A stretch of DNA of 43,299 bases from Octopus bimaculoides. Lineage: Eukaryota. Location: contig NC_068986.1 of assembly GCF_001194135.2 (NCBI RefSeq), positions 110,162,842 through 110,206,140 of the forward strand, in the 5' to 3' direction. The notes beneath the pieces were generated by a model. The model worked only from the letters and a program-made list of their open reading frames with translations, was not told where the DNA came from and ran no database searches. This document shows, in pieces, positions 10,641 through 24,360 of the stretch (the stretch's first letter is position 1; every line of letters starts with the position of its first letter). Made by a program: the position numbers and the translations under genes.

Positions 10641-11489
10641 AAAGTCAAAACACACTTCTATGTATTCACGCATACACGCGCGCACCCCATACAGACATGT
10701 GCATAGAATTTGGCTATTTTTTGTCGTCAATAAGAAAATCAAACCGAACTGTTGCTAATCTCGTTCGCAATGTAGTGGACTTCGATGTGAGATCAATATG
10801 TAGAGTAGACACTATAGCTTCCAACTATCGATTTATTTATGTTATGAAGTTAACATAATCAAAGATAAAAATGCTGGCAGTGTCCTATTTTCGGCTCTGA
10901 ATTTCTCGACATTTTTCCGTTACATGGTTTCAGATAGTGATGATGTAATGCTGTTCTGTTAGTTCACATGGCAACTAAGATACGCTATAACTAAAACAAA
11001 AAGATGGGGTGATCAATGTTGGAACGCCTTTGATCATAAGTCTACTTTGAGGCAATATAGCAATAACAATAAAAACAACAACAGTGACAACAACAATCTT
11101 ACTATATATTTTTGTCTGCCAAAAAAGAAAAAAAAAATTCCTTAAAATCCGGTAACTGTTTCATCTCCAGTCAGCTAATGTCTACTAAATCTAGACGGGA
11201 CTACAAATATGCGAAATGATGGTCGCTTTAAACATTTCACTCCTTTCCCCTCTAAAATGTTCTAAATTACAGAAATATATTCATAGAATGTTTGTGTTTT
11301 TCATCCTCAATGAGCAAACTAGCGTCGGATAACTCAATGGAGAGTCGGGTTACGAAATAAAAGATCTTATTGACATAGTTATGACAAAACCCCACATATC
11401 CAGCGTTCAGTTATTTGTTATAGTAATATGTGTCATTGTTTAGAAGATATGAGAAGGTGCGCTACTGCATGCCAAAATACTTCCTTCAA

Positions 11490-11680
11490 TAAGCACAACG
11501 CCTGGAAGTTTTGGGGGAAGCGGTTAGTCGATGACATCGACTCCAAGCCTGACTGCTATTTATTTCATCGACTCGGAAAAGCTGTAAGACAATGTCAACC
11601 TCGGCAGAATTTGAACTCAAAACGTAAAGGCGTACGAAATAATGCTAAGGATTTTGTCTGGTGTGCTAACAATACCTCTT
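11490..11680 (-). mobile_element. Family-A SINE
   Basis: Reverse complement has TTGTTAGCACACCAGAC, GAGTTCAAATTCTGCCGAGGTTGAC and GTCGATGTCATCGACT. Confidence 0.75.
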
Positions 11681-11933
11681 TTGGTACAGAGCTAGAAATT
11701 CCAGACAAAAGGCTTTAATGGGTAGTGAGTTGTCAGATAAATTCATTCATTTGTTTTTATTCGTATAATTGATAAGAGACCACAAGGTGAAATCTAGCTC
11801 AGTCCTCGTTGCCTAACTCAGGCAAAGTGCATGGTTTAATGGACGTCCATGAAACACACACACACACGCACAAACACGCACACATATTCTAACAATGTAT
11901 ATATACGTACGTACGCATGGATGTGTGTAGTAA

Positions 11934-11936
<3 letters not shown>

Positions 11937-11966
<30 letters not shown>

Positions 11967-12419
11967 NNNNNNNNNNNNNNNNNNNNNNNNNNNNNNNNNN
12001 NNNNNNNNNNNNNNNNNNNNNNNNNNNNNNNNNNNNNNNNNNNNNNNNNNNNNNNNNNNNNNNNNNNNNNNNNNNNNNNNNNNNNNNNNNNNNNNNNNNN
12101 NNNNNNNNNNNNNNNNNNNNNNNNNNNNNNNNNNNNNNNNNNNNNNNNNNNNNNNNNNNNNNNNNNNNNNNNNNNNNNNNNNNNNNNNNNNNNNNNNNNN
12201 NNNNNNNNNNNNNNNNNNNNNNNNNNNNNNNNNNNNNNNNNNNNNNNNNNNNNNNNNNNNNNNNNNNNNNNNNNNNNNNNNNNNNNNNNNNNNNNNNNNN
12301 NNNNNNNNNNNNNNNNNNNNNNNNNNNNNNNNNNNNNNNNNNNNNNNNNNNNNNNNNNNNNNNNNNNNNNNNNNNNNNNNNNNNNNNNNNNNNNNNNNNN
12401 ATATATATATATATATATA
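11937..12419. repeat. (TA)n microsatellite spanning assembly gap 11967-12400
   Basis: Direct reading. Confidence 0.9.
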
Positions 12420-12624
12420 GACAAAATAAGATAACAAAGCCAAGGCTGTGAGGAGTTTTCAGCGCATTTGTAATGAAAAAGATATAGATATGGTCTTACA
12501 GCTGTTTCTGGGATATTATGGATTTCGTTTAGTGTTACCTGTTACTCTTTGGATATTCTAGATACCAATACCTGTCATATCCTCGCTTCCTCGCTACTAC
12601 AAGCACTTATTACATGTATATATG

Positions 12625-12687
<63 letters not shown>

Positions 12688-13695
12688 GTGCGTATGTGTG
12701 TGTGCATGCATGTGTGCATGTATATATGTATATATATATATATATTTATATGCATATATATAATATGAAATCAGAGTTCTGAGGACTGCGAAAGTTTATT
12801 TATAAGCATTTGTCCTTGTGGTGTTAACTCTGCATCCCACAATGAACTCAAAACACCGAAATTCAAAACAACAAAAATAATTAAAAATTTTTTTGAAAAT
12901 GAAACATCTTCGAAGTTTGTGTTCGATGATTATTTAGATAACTATGAAATATAAAATAGAATAAAATATATTTTCCCCAATTTTAATTATCCAAATCTTT
13001 TATCTAAATGTCATGGTGAGTCAGAGGAAGATTAAATTTGTTTCGTAGCATTACATGCTTTTGTAAGACTTAACAGAGTGTTAACCACTCATAACTGAAG
13101 CTTTATTAGCGCATTCAAGCACTTGAGAGAACCAATTTTGGAACATTGCTGTACACTGCGTAAATATTGGAAACCAGATTTGATCAGGTGGAACAATTTA
13201 TAGAATTACATAGATTTATACTTACTTTGTTTCTCTTCAATTCTTTGAGAGTTCACTTGAACTGTGGGTTACGGTTGATTATGAGGTGGCATTCCAAAGA
13301 CACAAATGACATCTAGATAACATTTGAAAATTCCTTGCGGCTGTACAACCAATTGAAAAATATTTGGCAACTTTATCTACGAAGGAAATAACTACGACCC
13401 CTAAACTATGTTGCACGTTGACATTCAATTTGGCAACTAATTCAAGTGAAAGATTTCCATAGAAATAAAAGGAGACGGTCATATATGAAATAAAATATCT
13501 AAAGATTATTTCCAAACGTATTCCAGGAATATTATAATTGTTCTTTTGTTGCATCTTTAGACAGCATTATCTTAGGACATTTATAATCCTTTCTATTGAT
13601 TTACACGGAAAGAAGAAACGCTTTTCTACGTTTAGCAAGTTAACGGTGTATTCGGACAATAATGCGCGAACTCATAAGTGAATGTGATCTTAGCA

Positions 13696-13750
<55 letters not shown>

Positions 13751-13912
13751 AAACACAGACACACTCGCACACATATACACACATGTATATATCTTTATAT
13801 ATATATGTATGTATATCTATATAAGTATGTATGTGTGTGTGTATATATATATCTATCTTAATATTTAAGTATATATAAATATACATATATATCTATTTAT
13901 CTATCTATGCAG

Positions 13913-13960
<48 letters not shown>

Positions 13961-14478
13961 ACTCACACACATACACAGACGCGCACACGCACGCACACAC
14001 ATACATACACAGAAAACAACGTAACATTTGTCCATTAATGAAAAAGGAAAAAAAGTAGTCTTACGTCTCGATCGAAATTTATCAGTGTGCTTTGAAGCAG
14101 TTTTTACTTCCGGTTCGTTTATTCTTGCGTATGTTATGCTGGCTAACGGACTTCCGTTTTTGTGCTCTTTTTGTTTAGTCGATCTCGAAAATCATATAAA
14201 TACCTGCAAAATTTTTGTATGTGATGATATTTGTATATTAACTCTGATCTTTATTTCTATGTGTTATCACGTAGTTTATTCTTTCGTACCTCCTCAGAAG
14301 TATCGGTTCAGATAAAGGTTAGTTACAAAGAATTCGAAGCATGTCCAAAAACCCCGACTGAAATCGTAGCTATTCTGTCTGTAACTATTCAATGTGTGTG
14401 TGCGTGTGTTTGTGTGTGCGTAGATGTGTATCTATCTACCAATCTATATTTTCACACATAATGTGTATATCAATACAT

Positions 14479-14519
<41 letters not shown>

Positions 14520-14630
14520 AACACACAAAGAAAACAACACACTACAAAATAAAAAAATCACCAAATTCTTTAAACAAATTTAAACCACAACTAAATATCG
14601 AAACAACCACACTTAATCAATAAATAATGA

Positions 14631-14674
<44 letters not shown>

Positions 14675-15018
14675 CTGGCCATATCCTGAAGAGAAACCAC
14701 TTATTCAATTCAAAAGACTTCAATAGAATTCCTCAAACTTCAACTCTTGACCCCACCACAAACCTACATATACTAAACATTTATCAGGAGTCACTCTAAA
14801 GTAAAATTTCCCTTTGCACTAAATCATGGCTACAAACTGTTAACCCCTCATGTTTTTGTATCCTTCTTTTTAATATTTGATAACATGGATGCATCAAAAC
14901 CAGTTATATTTTTAATCATTCACTTTAACAAAAATATTAAAGACTTCTCTAAAATATACTGTCGTGTCTTTTCCAACTTTACTTATTTCTTAACCATAAT
15001 TATTGATTTGTATGAACT

Positions 15019-15243
15019 TGTGTGGTAAGTAACTTGCTTACCAACCACATAGTGCTAAGTTCAGTCCCACTGCGTGGCACCTTGGGCAGGTGTCTTCTAC
15101 TATAGCCTCGGACCGACCAAAGCCTTGTGAGTGGATTTGGTAGACGGAAACTGAAATCAGCCCGTCGTATATATATACATACATACATATAGATATACAT
15201 ATATATATATATGTATGTATGTGTGTGTGTGTGTGTGTGTGTA

Positions 15244-15275
<32 letters not shown>

Positions 15276-15537
15276 TGTGTGTGGTTGTGTGTCTGTGTTT
15301 GTCCCCNNNNNNNNNNTGTGTATGTGTGTGTGTGTGGTTGTGTGTCTGTGTTTGTCCCCCCAACATCGCTTGACAACCGATGCTGATGTGTTTACGTCCC
15401 CGTAACTTAGCGGCTCGGCAAAAGAGACCGATGGAATAAGTAATAGGCTTACAAAAAATAAGTCCTGGGGTCGATCTGCTCGACTAAAGGCGGTGCTCCA
15501 GCATGGCCACAGTCAAGTGACTGAAACAAGTAAAAGA
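15019..15537 (+). mobile_element. Family-B tRNA-derived SINE, best-preserved copy, with internal (TA)/(TG) microsatellite
   Basis: TGTGGTAAGT A-box region, AGTTCAGTCCC B-box, GCACCTTGGGCAGGTGTCTT (CORE-like by recall), 3' hairpin CAGTCA-AG-TGACTG then AAACAAGTAAAAGA; contains 10-N gap 15307-15316. Confidence 0.9.
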
Positions 15538-15611
15538 CTATATGTGTGTGTGTGTGCGTGTGTGTGTGTGCGTGTGTGTGTGCGTGTGTGTGTGCGTGTG
15601 TGTGTGTGTGT

Positions 15612-16900
15612 GGTGGTTGTCTACGTCTTATGCAGAGTCTAACCACCTCTGATACCTACACCTTAGATCCAGCATCGTATTTGATGTGGATTTTTAAACC
15701 AGGCAATGTTTTGAAAAGACACCCACACAGGTTGTATATCCGATTAGGATCACCAGGAGCTGAAGTTAAGGACTGATCATTGCGGATCTTAAAATGTCTT
15801 TTGAGGCCTCCGTTAGATTTTGCTGACCTTATACACGGCATTGAAAATCGGGCACTGATATATGGACAGAATAATTAATAGAAGCTCGTTCTTCATGGGT
15901 ATACAAATGAGATTTGAGCCCAGCAAAAGGAAGGCATGGTCTGTCACAAACTGTGCATACAAAAAGGTCACTGAGATTTGCTTTCTCTATTGTAACATTC
16001 TTCTGTAAATATCTCTTGAGTCTTGCATGTGTTATCCTGGCCTCGTCAAAGGATTTCACACCACTCCACACTTTTGTTCGCCATCCATCTTCATCCGAAG
16101 TAAGGATTCCTATGGCCTTTGGATCCATTCCAAATGACTTCATGATAGCTGTTTGGGTGTGCGTTCATCCATAATTCGAACAATATGGCCTGAGTAGTTC
16201 ATTTCGTTTTTCAGAATCATTGATTTAATTGAAGTGGTGCCTGCAGAAGCAAAGACATCCGTGTCTAGAGTTGAAATAAAAAAAAAAACAAAGAAACATT
16301 CAATTTCTAAAATGCTGCGAAGGCATTTTTGTTGGAATCATAGTAACTATTTCAAACGTTTTTCATAAGACGTCCAATTTTCAGAAGAATACAAAGATGG
16401 TAACACAAACGATTTGTAAAAAGCCAATTTTGTGTTGTGCTTTATATGTCGTTGGCGCTAAACTCGTGACTCCCAGCCATCAAATGCTTGTGCGGCCCTT
16501 TGAATTCGCAAATATATTTCTGAGTCCAGATTTTCATCATTCTATACAGAGCTTCAAAGTTAGATGAAATAGTCAACAACCTGAAATAAATTTTAGCGAA
16601 CATTTTAGTGGGATTGCAACCACGTGCAGGTTGATACATTACAATTGTTTTTTTCAAGTTGGTGGTCAAGCCAAAATCATCACGAACTGAGTCAAAGGAA
16701 GGTACAAAAGATTGCAGGCCCATTTCGGAGCGACTGACCAGATCGTAATCGGGAACGTGTGAGTGTTCCGTAATGAGTGAAGTGAAAATCTGTTTTGAAT
16801 TTCAGTCTGGTCAGATTTAAAATATTCCCTGTTATTCGATACGTTATGTAAATACCCTCCCCGGAGTTTGAAAATCGTGTAACAGCACTTGGATTTAACT
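15612..16900 (-). mobile_element. 5'-truncated RTE-clade LINE (RT C-terminal half to 3' end) with C-terminal C2H2 fingers and (CA)n tail
   Basis: EGIYITYRITGNILNLTRL, decayed YADD region (HVPDYDLV), FGLTTNLKKTIVMYQPA, KSFGMDP..DGWRTKVWSGVKSFDEAR, FVCTVCDRPCLPFAGLKSHLYTH; 3' end GAGGTGGTT...GTAGACAACCACC then (AC)n. Confidence 0.92.
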
Positions 16901-17419
16901 TTGGGGTAAAAATGAATTATCAGTGTTTTTGCAAACGCATTCTTTTATTTATATTAAAAATATTTATACTTAAAAGTTTATATTAACTTTTATGTGCACG
17001 TTCGATAGCCATTTGTAATAGTTACTTAAGTGTTATGAATAGGAGAAATGAATCTCAGTCTATTTGGAGCGCCAGTCTCTCTAAGCTGATCCCTACTATC
17101 GAGTATCGAGCAGCAAGATTGGACGGTCTGTAACTAAGATATAAATCTTTCTACAGGAAAAAGACAACAAATGCAGCAGCAACTTCAATAGAAACAACAA
17201 AATGAAGAACAACCTTAATATTAACAGCAATACCTTTAACATCACCTGTAAATATTATCTGAGATCATCTCCAGCCCCCTACCACCACCATCACCACTAC
17301 CGCATCCTAGGAGTCTAGTCTCTCGGAGTCTGAGACAAACGAATCTGCAACTTCTTGCTGAACATCCAGCACAAGCGATCCAATGTTTGTGCCGTGCATT
17401 AGTTCAATCCCTCGATCAA

Positions 17420-17585
17420 ATCGACGTTGCTTAAACGATCGACCAAACATGGTGAGGTAAAGTTATCGCAGACCAACATGAGAACAAGTATTTCGATCAA
17501 GACCACAACCCACCATCCAGTCCAGGAATTGAAACCACGATCTTGCTATTGCGAGTACATCACCCTAACCACTAGGCCCTGCACA
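17420..17585 (-). mobile_element. Family-C SINE head
   Basis: Reverse complement GGGCCTAGTGGTTAGGGTG (A-box)...GTGGTTTCAATTCCTGG (B-box)...TTGTGGTCTTGATCGAAATACTT. Confidence 0.7.
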
Positions 17586-18769
17586 CTCCTCTCACACCAG
17601 CATCAATAAAACAAACAAAATCCCCTTCACCACCACCGTCGCCACTGTCGTCACCACGTGACGTGCCACTCTCACCACCACCACCATTCAACTCGAAGCA
17701 ACAAAATACCAACAAGAACAACAACACTTGCACTTCTACCAACAACACTAAAAATACTACAAAGACCACCACAACAACCACCACCAACACCACCTCATTC
17801 CCCACTTCCACTCCAACTACGACCATCCCTCTTTTATCACCACTACTCCCACTCTCACCACCACCATCACCGCTATAGTTCAATGTAGTAGAAGACAAAA
17901 GTCTATAATTAGAGGTAATCATTAGTTATAGTTAGTAGTTAATTGATTAAATCAAGTATTGACTGATTAAGTGTTTGTTTGGAACATTGGCTACACAAAA
18001 TTATAGTCTTTGCTTTCTCTTCTATCTTTTTTTATGTTTTAGTGTTGAGGCAATGTCTGGCTTGGTGGCAGCATCGGTATAATGGTCGAATAAATAATGC
18101 TTCCTTATTTAAAGAGACATGTCTTGAGTTCAATGCTCACCCAGCTAAACTAATTTATTTTCAAAATTCAATAAAATCAATACCTGCTCTATATTAAAGT
18201 TGATGTAATCGATTTTGTCACTCTACGAAAAAAACTTTACTGTAGATAAAGGGCAAAGTTCTAAGTTCGAGTCACGCGAGGAATCTTCTTAATTGAGATC
18301 GAGAAAACCAATTCTGTCACCTTTCTATAAAAGCCTTATCGTTTATAATAACTTGTGTTTTGAGTTCGAATTACGTCAAGCTTCAGGTTAACTTCATCGT
18401 TTATCTCTTAAGAGCCGTTAAAATCATGAAGTGTATCATATTCGAGTTGATCACATCTTTGCAATCAAATCACTAGAAATACCTTATCAAATTCCAAATG
18501 TTACGCTCCGCGTTCAGATCCCACGGGGGACAAAATTTGCTTTTCAATACTTCCCCAGTCGATAGAATCAATACCAGAAATGTATTCGTGTCGAAACGAT
18601 AGACTCTACACCGTCCATAGCAGATGAGTAGAATGTGCAAACAAACGCATCTTTTATGTTGTAAAACCCCAATCGGGAAAACCGATTATTAAACTCATTT
18701 CAGTCACCCCATAACATTCTAACCCCATTGAGCCTTTTGCTTATGTAATAATAGAAGAAGCGAAGGCGG

Positions 18770-18980
18770 CACCCAGAGCAGAATCACTAACATGCCGTAC
18801 ACAATACTTCGCAGTTTTCCGTCCGTTTTTCCGTTCTGATTTCAAATTCGATCTAGGTCGACTTTGCCTTCCATATTTTCTGGGTCGATAAAATAAGTAC
18901 GAGTTGAGAACCAAGGTCGATATAATTCGCTTATCTCTTCCTCCGAAATTCCTTTATTTGTGTCAAAACTTGAAATCAAT
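18770..18980 (+). mobile_element. Family-A SINE
   Basis: AAGGCGGC..GCAGAATC head, GATTTCAAATTCG, GGTCGACTTTGCCTTCCAT..GGTCGATAAAATAAGTAC. Confidence 0.8.
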
Positions 18981-18999
18981 ATTAAGAAGACGCGAGACA

Positions 19000-19160
19000 G
19001 AAACCGATGTGGGTTTGTTTATGTCCACGTATTCTGGCGGTTAGGTAAAAGTGGCCGATAGAATGAGTCCCAAACTTAAGTAGTGCTGGGATCTATTTGT
19101 TCGACTAAACCATTCAAAGCGATGCCAGTATGGTCCCAGTTCGATGAAAGAAACGAGATG
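19000..19160 (+). mobile_element. Family-B SINE 3' half, degenerate
   Basis: AACCGATG..TTTATGTCCACGTA..GGCGGTTAGGTAAAAG..CCGATAGAATGAGT..TTGTTCGACTAAA is colinear with 15370-15537. Confidence 0.65.
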
Positions 19161-19611
19161 AAGAGCAAAGATGAGAGATATAATGCGTGCTCGAGTGAGT
19201 AACTTCCACAAGATTTGATCAGAACTGTGAAAGCATGTGTAGAATATTACACACTTTTCCCTGTTGGCATTAGCAGTTAGCGGATGCCACAGAGAACAAC
19301 TGACAACGGTCAGTCAAGTCCTTTTGTATTGTCCGTGCGCTAAATGGATAGTTGTTCACCCTTTACTACGTTCGTCCATTAATTTCGTGTTCAGTGTTGA
19401 ATAAAAGAGTACTCGACACCATAATAGAAATTAATAATATTTTATTTCGTCGAGGCATCGTCGAGACCTTGAGTCAAGTTACATTTCATTAATTTGACCA
19501 AATAATCTCTTCCGTCCGGCAATAGCTACGGGCTTGCATCCGTTTGGCGTTATCTGGAGATTCTGTGCATCGACAGACGAATCTCTCAGTGGCTAGACCA
19601 AAAGAAAATAA

Positions 19612-19616
19612 CACAC

Positions 19617-19680
<64 letters not shown>

Positions 19681-20007
19681 NNNNNNNNNNNNNNNNNNNN
19701 NNNNNNNNNNNNNNNNNNNNNNNNNNNNNNNNNNNNNNNNNNNNNNNNNNNNNNNNNNNNNNNNNNNNNNNNNNNNNNNNNNNNNNNNNNNNNNNNNNNN
19801 NNNNNNNNNNNNNNNNNNNNNNNNNNNNNNNNNNNNNNNNNNNNNNNNNNNNNNNNNNNNNNNNNNNNNNNNNNNNNNNNNNNNNNNNNNNNNNNNNNNN
19901 NNNNNNNNNNNNNNNNNNNNNNNNNNNNNNNNNNNNNNNNNNNNNNNNNNNNNNNNNNNNNNNNNNNNNNNNNNNNNNNNNNNNNNNNNNNNNNNNNNNN
20001 NNNNNNN

Positions 20008-20068
<61 letters not shown>

Positions 20069-20082
20069 GTGTGTGTGTGTGT
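19612..20082. repeat. (CA)n - gap 19681-20007 - (TA)n/(TG)n
   Basis: Direct reading. Confidence 0.9.
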
Positions 20083-20500
20083 ATATAAGGACACAGAGGT
20101 AGTGGGTAAGTTCGATTCAGAGTTCATGTATATGTGTGTGCCTGTGGATGCATGTGCCTTTATGTACGTATGCGTATGTGTGTGAGTATGTGCGTAATTG
20201 AAAGAATGGGGGATGGAGAAGGAGAGAGAATGTGTGTGGGGGAGAGGCAGAGAGATTTATGTTATTTAGAATCGTTCATTGTATTTGAAATATATAAAGT
20301 ATTTAGATAAAAGGAGTTGATTCATTAAAAGCAGATAAGACCAGTAGCGCCGCCGACGGAATATCAGACTAACAAGTGACCCGGAAGCTTCTGGTGATGG
20401 ATCCTGGGCCAAGGAATGAAATAAAAGCAACCTCTTTGATCGTTTCTCACTGATAAGTTTGAAATAATGTTTGTTTGTTTATGTGTCCTCTTTCTCCCTC

Positions 20501-20558
<58 letters not shown>

Positions 20559-21324
20559 CACTAATCCTCCCTCCCACTATGTTATTAGCCAGACTAATTT
20601 GCAAAATGCCTACAAAGAATGTTTGATGTGATAAGTTAATATTTTACTTGCTAACTGTTGGTTGGTTGGCCTCCTACCACCTATCTCCCTTCAACTGCCA
20701 CTACTACTCCCTATGTAAACTGTTTCAAATGAATTGGGAGTTGAAGTTATCAGACCTCGTATATATAACACACAGACACAGATGTGATGATATACATTCA
20801 TATACATATATACATGTACGCACACACACACACACACACATATGTAGCTATATGTATGTATATAAAGATAGATAAATAGGTGGATAGATAGACTGATAGA
20901 TGTAAATATAGAGTTAAAGAAGCAATTAACGTACCAATCTTATATACTTATATACAAAAAAGTCGGATATAAGTCCATATGATACACATATGTATGCCTC
21001 ACAGAATGAGCGACGGACACGCGCACACACCTATGTAATATGCGTGTATTTGACTTTTCGTACGCATCGATTATATGGTATTCAGATCGACAGACAAATA
21101 TGCAAACACATTTGCAATAAAATTGCAAATAGAAGCATAAACACTCAAATAATTACACCAATATACAATGACGAACATACCTCTACGCATATGAAAAGAA
21201 GTGACGTCAATATGTGACAGCTAGTAGTTTTTGACGGCACATAGAGACATACATAGTCATACATATAAAACCACGTACATGCGGGCACATAAAATCAAGA
21301 AAACACATTGATATGCATGTAATG

Positions 21325-21372
<48 letters not shown>

Positions 21373-21780
21373 AGATACATAGATACTTACACACATATAT
21401 ACATTTGCGTAGTCAAACACACTTACCTAGATATAAGCAAACACGCACAGACATGTTTTTTGTTGTTATTTTTTGGGTGTTTGGCCATTATGTTAGAGCT
21501 GATAAAGCAGAACAGATATACGATAGAAAGTAGAACCAATGGCAATCATCTTGTCCCTCTTCAATGCGCAGAAAACGGAGAATCACATTATTGAACATAT
21601 TCTGAGGGTGAATTAGGTGTCTCGTTTTACGTATCATTGGACCTTGTACAAAGAGATTTCCTCGTTGAAAATATACTCACAAGTGCTATCTTACACACTC
21701 TTATATACATACTTATACATACATACGTACATATGTACATACATACAAAATACATACATACAAAATACATACATACATAC

Positions 21781-23925
21781 CCAAAAGAAAGAGAGCCATG
21801 TGGCCAAAACCTATAAGCCTAAGCATGCCTGAACGTTACGTACAAACTATACACAAGATGTCTAAATATATTCCTCCAAGACTACTGTAAAACAAGGGGT
21901 GTGATACCCGCCGAACAAGCAGGAGGAAATAAAGGAGTCTGGGGCTGTACTGAACAGTCTTCAAGCAACAACACCAAGCAATATCACCGCAATCTGTTAA
22001 CTTTATGGCTAGACTACATGAAGGCGTTCGTCTCTGTGCCTCACTCATGGTTGACAGAATCATTTCACCTTATGAAAGCATCAGCCGCCATAGTAAATAC
22101 CATCGAAAGACTGATTGTAACATGACCCACACATTTATCACTCATAACTACTAAAGCAACACCTATTGTTACAAACAGAATTAAGCTATCCTCAGGCATA
22201 TTCCAGGTTGATAGCTCATCTGAAATGCTGTTTGTACTGGCAGTGAACCTCTTGTCAGCCCTGTTTACAAAATGCCAAGGCTACATGCAGGGATATGCAG
22301 AAAAGAATAAAATTAATGTCATCCACACATTTTTTGTTGATGACTTAAAGCAATATGACCAACATCAAGAGAGAATTAAAACTAATCACAACGTTCTCAC
22401 AAGATATAGGAATGGAGTTTAGGCAAGATAAATTCTCATATATATAGTTAACCGAGGGGAGATTGTCGACCAGAGAGAGAACATGAACATCAACGGTTTG
22501 TCTATCTCCGTTATCTCTAATAATGAAAACTACAAGCATTTTGAAATTGATGAGAATGCTGCATACATCTGCGCTATGTCTAAAGCTAGAAAACAGAAGA
22601 GTTCTTCTGTAGATTCTGGAAAATATGGAACTTAGAGCTGTCTGCATTTAAGAAGGTTATATTTCACAATGGTTTTGCAGTACCGGTGCGAGTACCAACG
22701 CTTAGGATGTTGATTGAACTGGACATTTGATGAGATACACATCCTGGACTTCAAAATAAGACTGGTTCCGACTACCACTGGCAACATTCACATTGACAGT
22801 GATACAGATAAGATTTATGTGAGACGAAGTAATGGCGGTTGAAGCATAAGGTCCGTTCAAAAAAAAGAAAAGAAGCTTTTGATTGCCGCATTGCATCACT
22901 CAAACCACAGATGCTGAGCAGTAAAGAAAGAAATGAGTATATTCCATACGTACTCAAAAGTGAGAGCAACATCTTTAGAGTTGGCGAAGAACTACTGAAC
23001 AGATGCTCTGAGAATACAACCGTCTCATGCGATCCGAAGGAGCTTAGAGGAGAAGCCGGCATCATACCAACAAGAAGCAATTCATGAGTACATATCCCGT
23101 AAGCTAGAGTGCAACAACAGCATCGACAGGAAGGATAGCCTCTCCTGGCCCTGCGATAGATACATTACATCCCACCGGGAAGGATATGCATTCATTAATC
23201 TGGAACAGGAGATAGCTACCAAATACCTGATAAACAAGAGGGACTAAGACACCATCAAAGCTCAACGTTCTGATAATAAATATCGGCTCTGCTGTACCAG
23301 TGTGGAAAATATCACCTACACCATCAGTAGCTGCCCCAAAATATCTACGAGATACTACTTGCTTCTGACGTATGATATATTTGCAAAGACAATTAACAAT
23401 GCTATCCGATGGAAAGACTTCCCTGACGTATACATCAAAAACATCTCAGAACCAGCAAGTGTTCACACCTTTAAAAACGAAGAATACTGGTGGAACACCC
23501 CAATAACAACATCAGTTCGATGCAAACGTAAGATACCTGATACTGTTCTGTGGGACAAGGAACAAATGTCATACACACTTCTAGACGTCAGCTGCGCGGC
23601 GGAAGTTCATTGAGTTGGGTACCAACAAATTGGTACAAGAATATTGAAACATTCGATTTCATGGAAAAAGAGCAAAAGAAACTGACGTGGATTCTCCAAA
23701 TGCACAATGAAGATTTGTGAGACATTCCGAGGATTTTCCATTAGAGATTCTTATGTGAATATATGCATACACTTGTGTTTTCATTAACAATTGAACCAAT
23801 ACACCAGGTCCACCACATATTTACAGGACACCGGGAACTCTCTTAATTCAAATACTCACGTCGCTTTGGTAGCGACCTGATTCAACTCTCTCAAGAAGAA
23901 CTTACATTAAACTCAAAGAAAAAAT
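21781..23925 (+). mobile_element. 5'-truncated R4-like RLE LINE (RT, CCHC remnant, restriction-like endonuclease, 3' UTR) flanked by (CATA)n on both sides
   Basis: ACLNVTYKLYTRCLN, EQAGGNKGVWGCTEQ, RNLLTLWLDYMKAFVSVPHSW, GIFQVDSSS, HTFFVDDLK (22333-22344), YRLCCTSVENITYTISSCP, WWNTPI..KIPDTVLWDK..LLDVSC (PD..D RLE motif), TMKICETF; several stops and frameshifts. Confidence 0.92.
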
Positions 23926-23957
23926 CATACATACATGCATACATACATACAAACATG

Positions 23958-24017
<60 letters not shown>
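23926..24017. repeat. (CATA)n(CA)n tract shared as tail by converging R4-like and CR1 elements
   Basis: Direct reading. Confidence 0.9.
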
Positions 24018-24018
<1 letters not shown>

Positions 24019-24360
24019 TACTTCGATTGGTTTTGGCCATCATCGGCCCAGGCCATGACTGACTCAATAGCACCACCTGGAAAAGTCTTTTAGTTAATTA
24101 TTTCGGGACACCATGGACCACTCAAGCAGAGAGTTGTTGGTTGAGACGTATCCAGGTGCAGGTTGCTTATCCGGTATTTTCGGAACGAATTTGTCTAGGT
24201 AATGTTTGATAGTTGTGGGGTCTTTTTCTATTTTAATTTCTTTTGGGGTAACATTAAAATGTGCAGGACCATTGGCAGTGAAGAAATTGTGTCGCAATAT
24301 TCTTATGTGATGTGATCCCGGCCTTTGTAGGGGACGCATAGCATACAAAAAATGGACCAT
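24018..24360 (-). mobile_element. CR1-group LINE 3' fragment
   Basis: RHNFFTANGPAHFNVTPKEIK..HYLDKFVPKIPDKQPAPGYVSTNNSLLEW fits the GPxLFNxLP..FKxxLDKFL..IPDxP..GY..NSL C-terminus; short 3' UTR ending GGCC..AAACCAATCGAAGT. Confidence 0.78.

Noticed and set aside
15268-15360. Apparent tandem duplications across 10-N gaps (15307-15316 and 27259-27268)
   Set aside because: The same sequence ends one contig and starts the next, which indicates a scaffolding overlap artefact.
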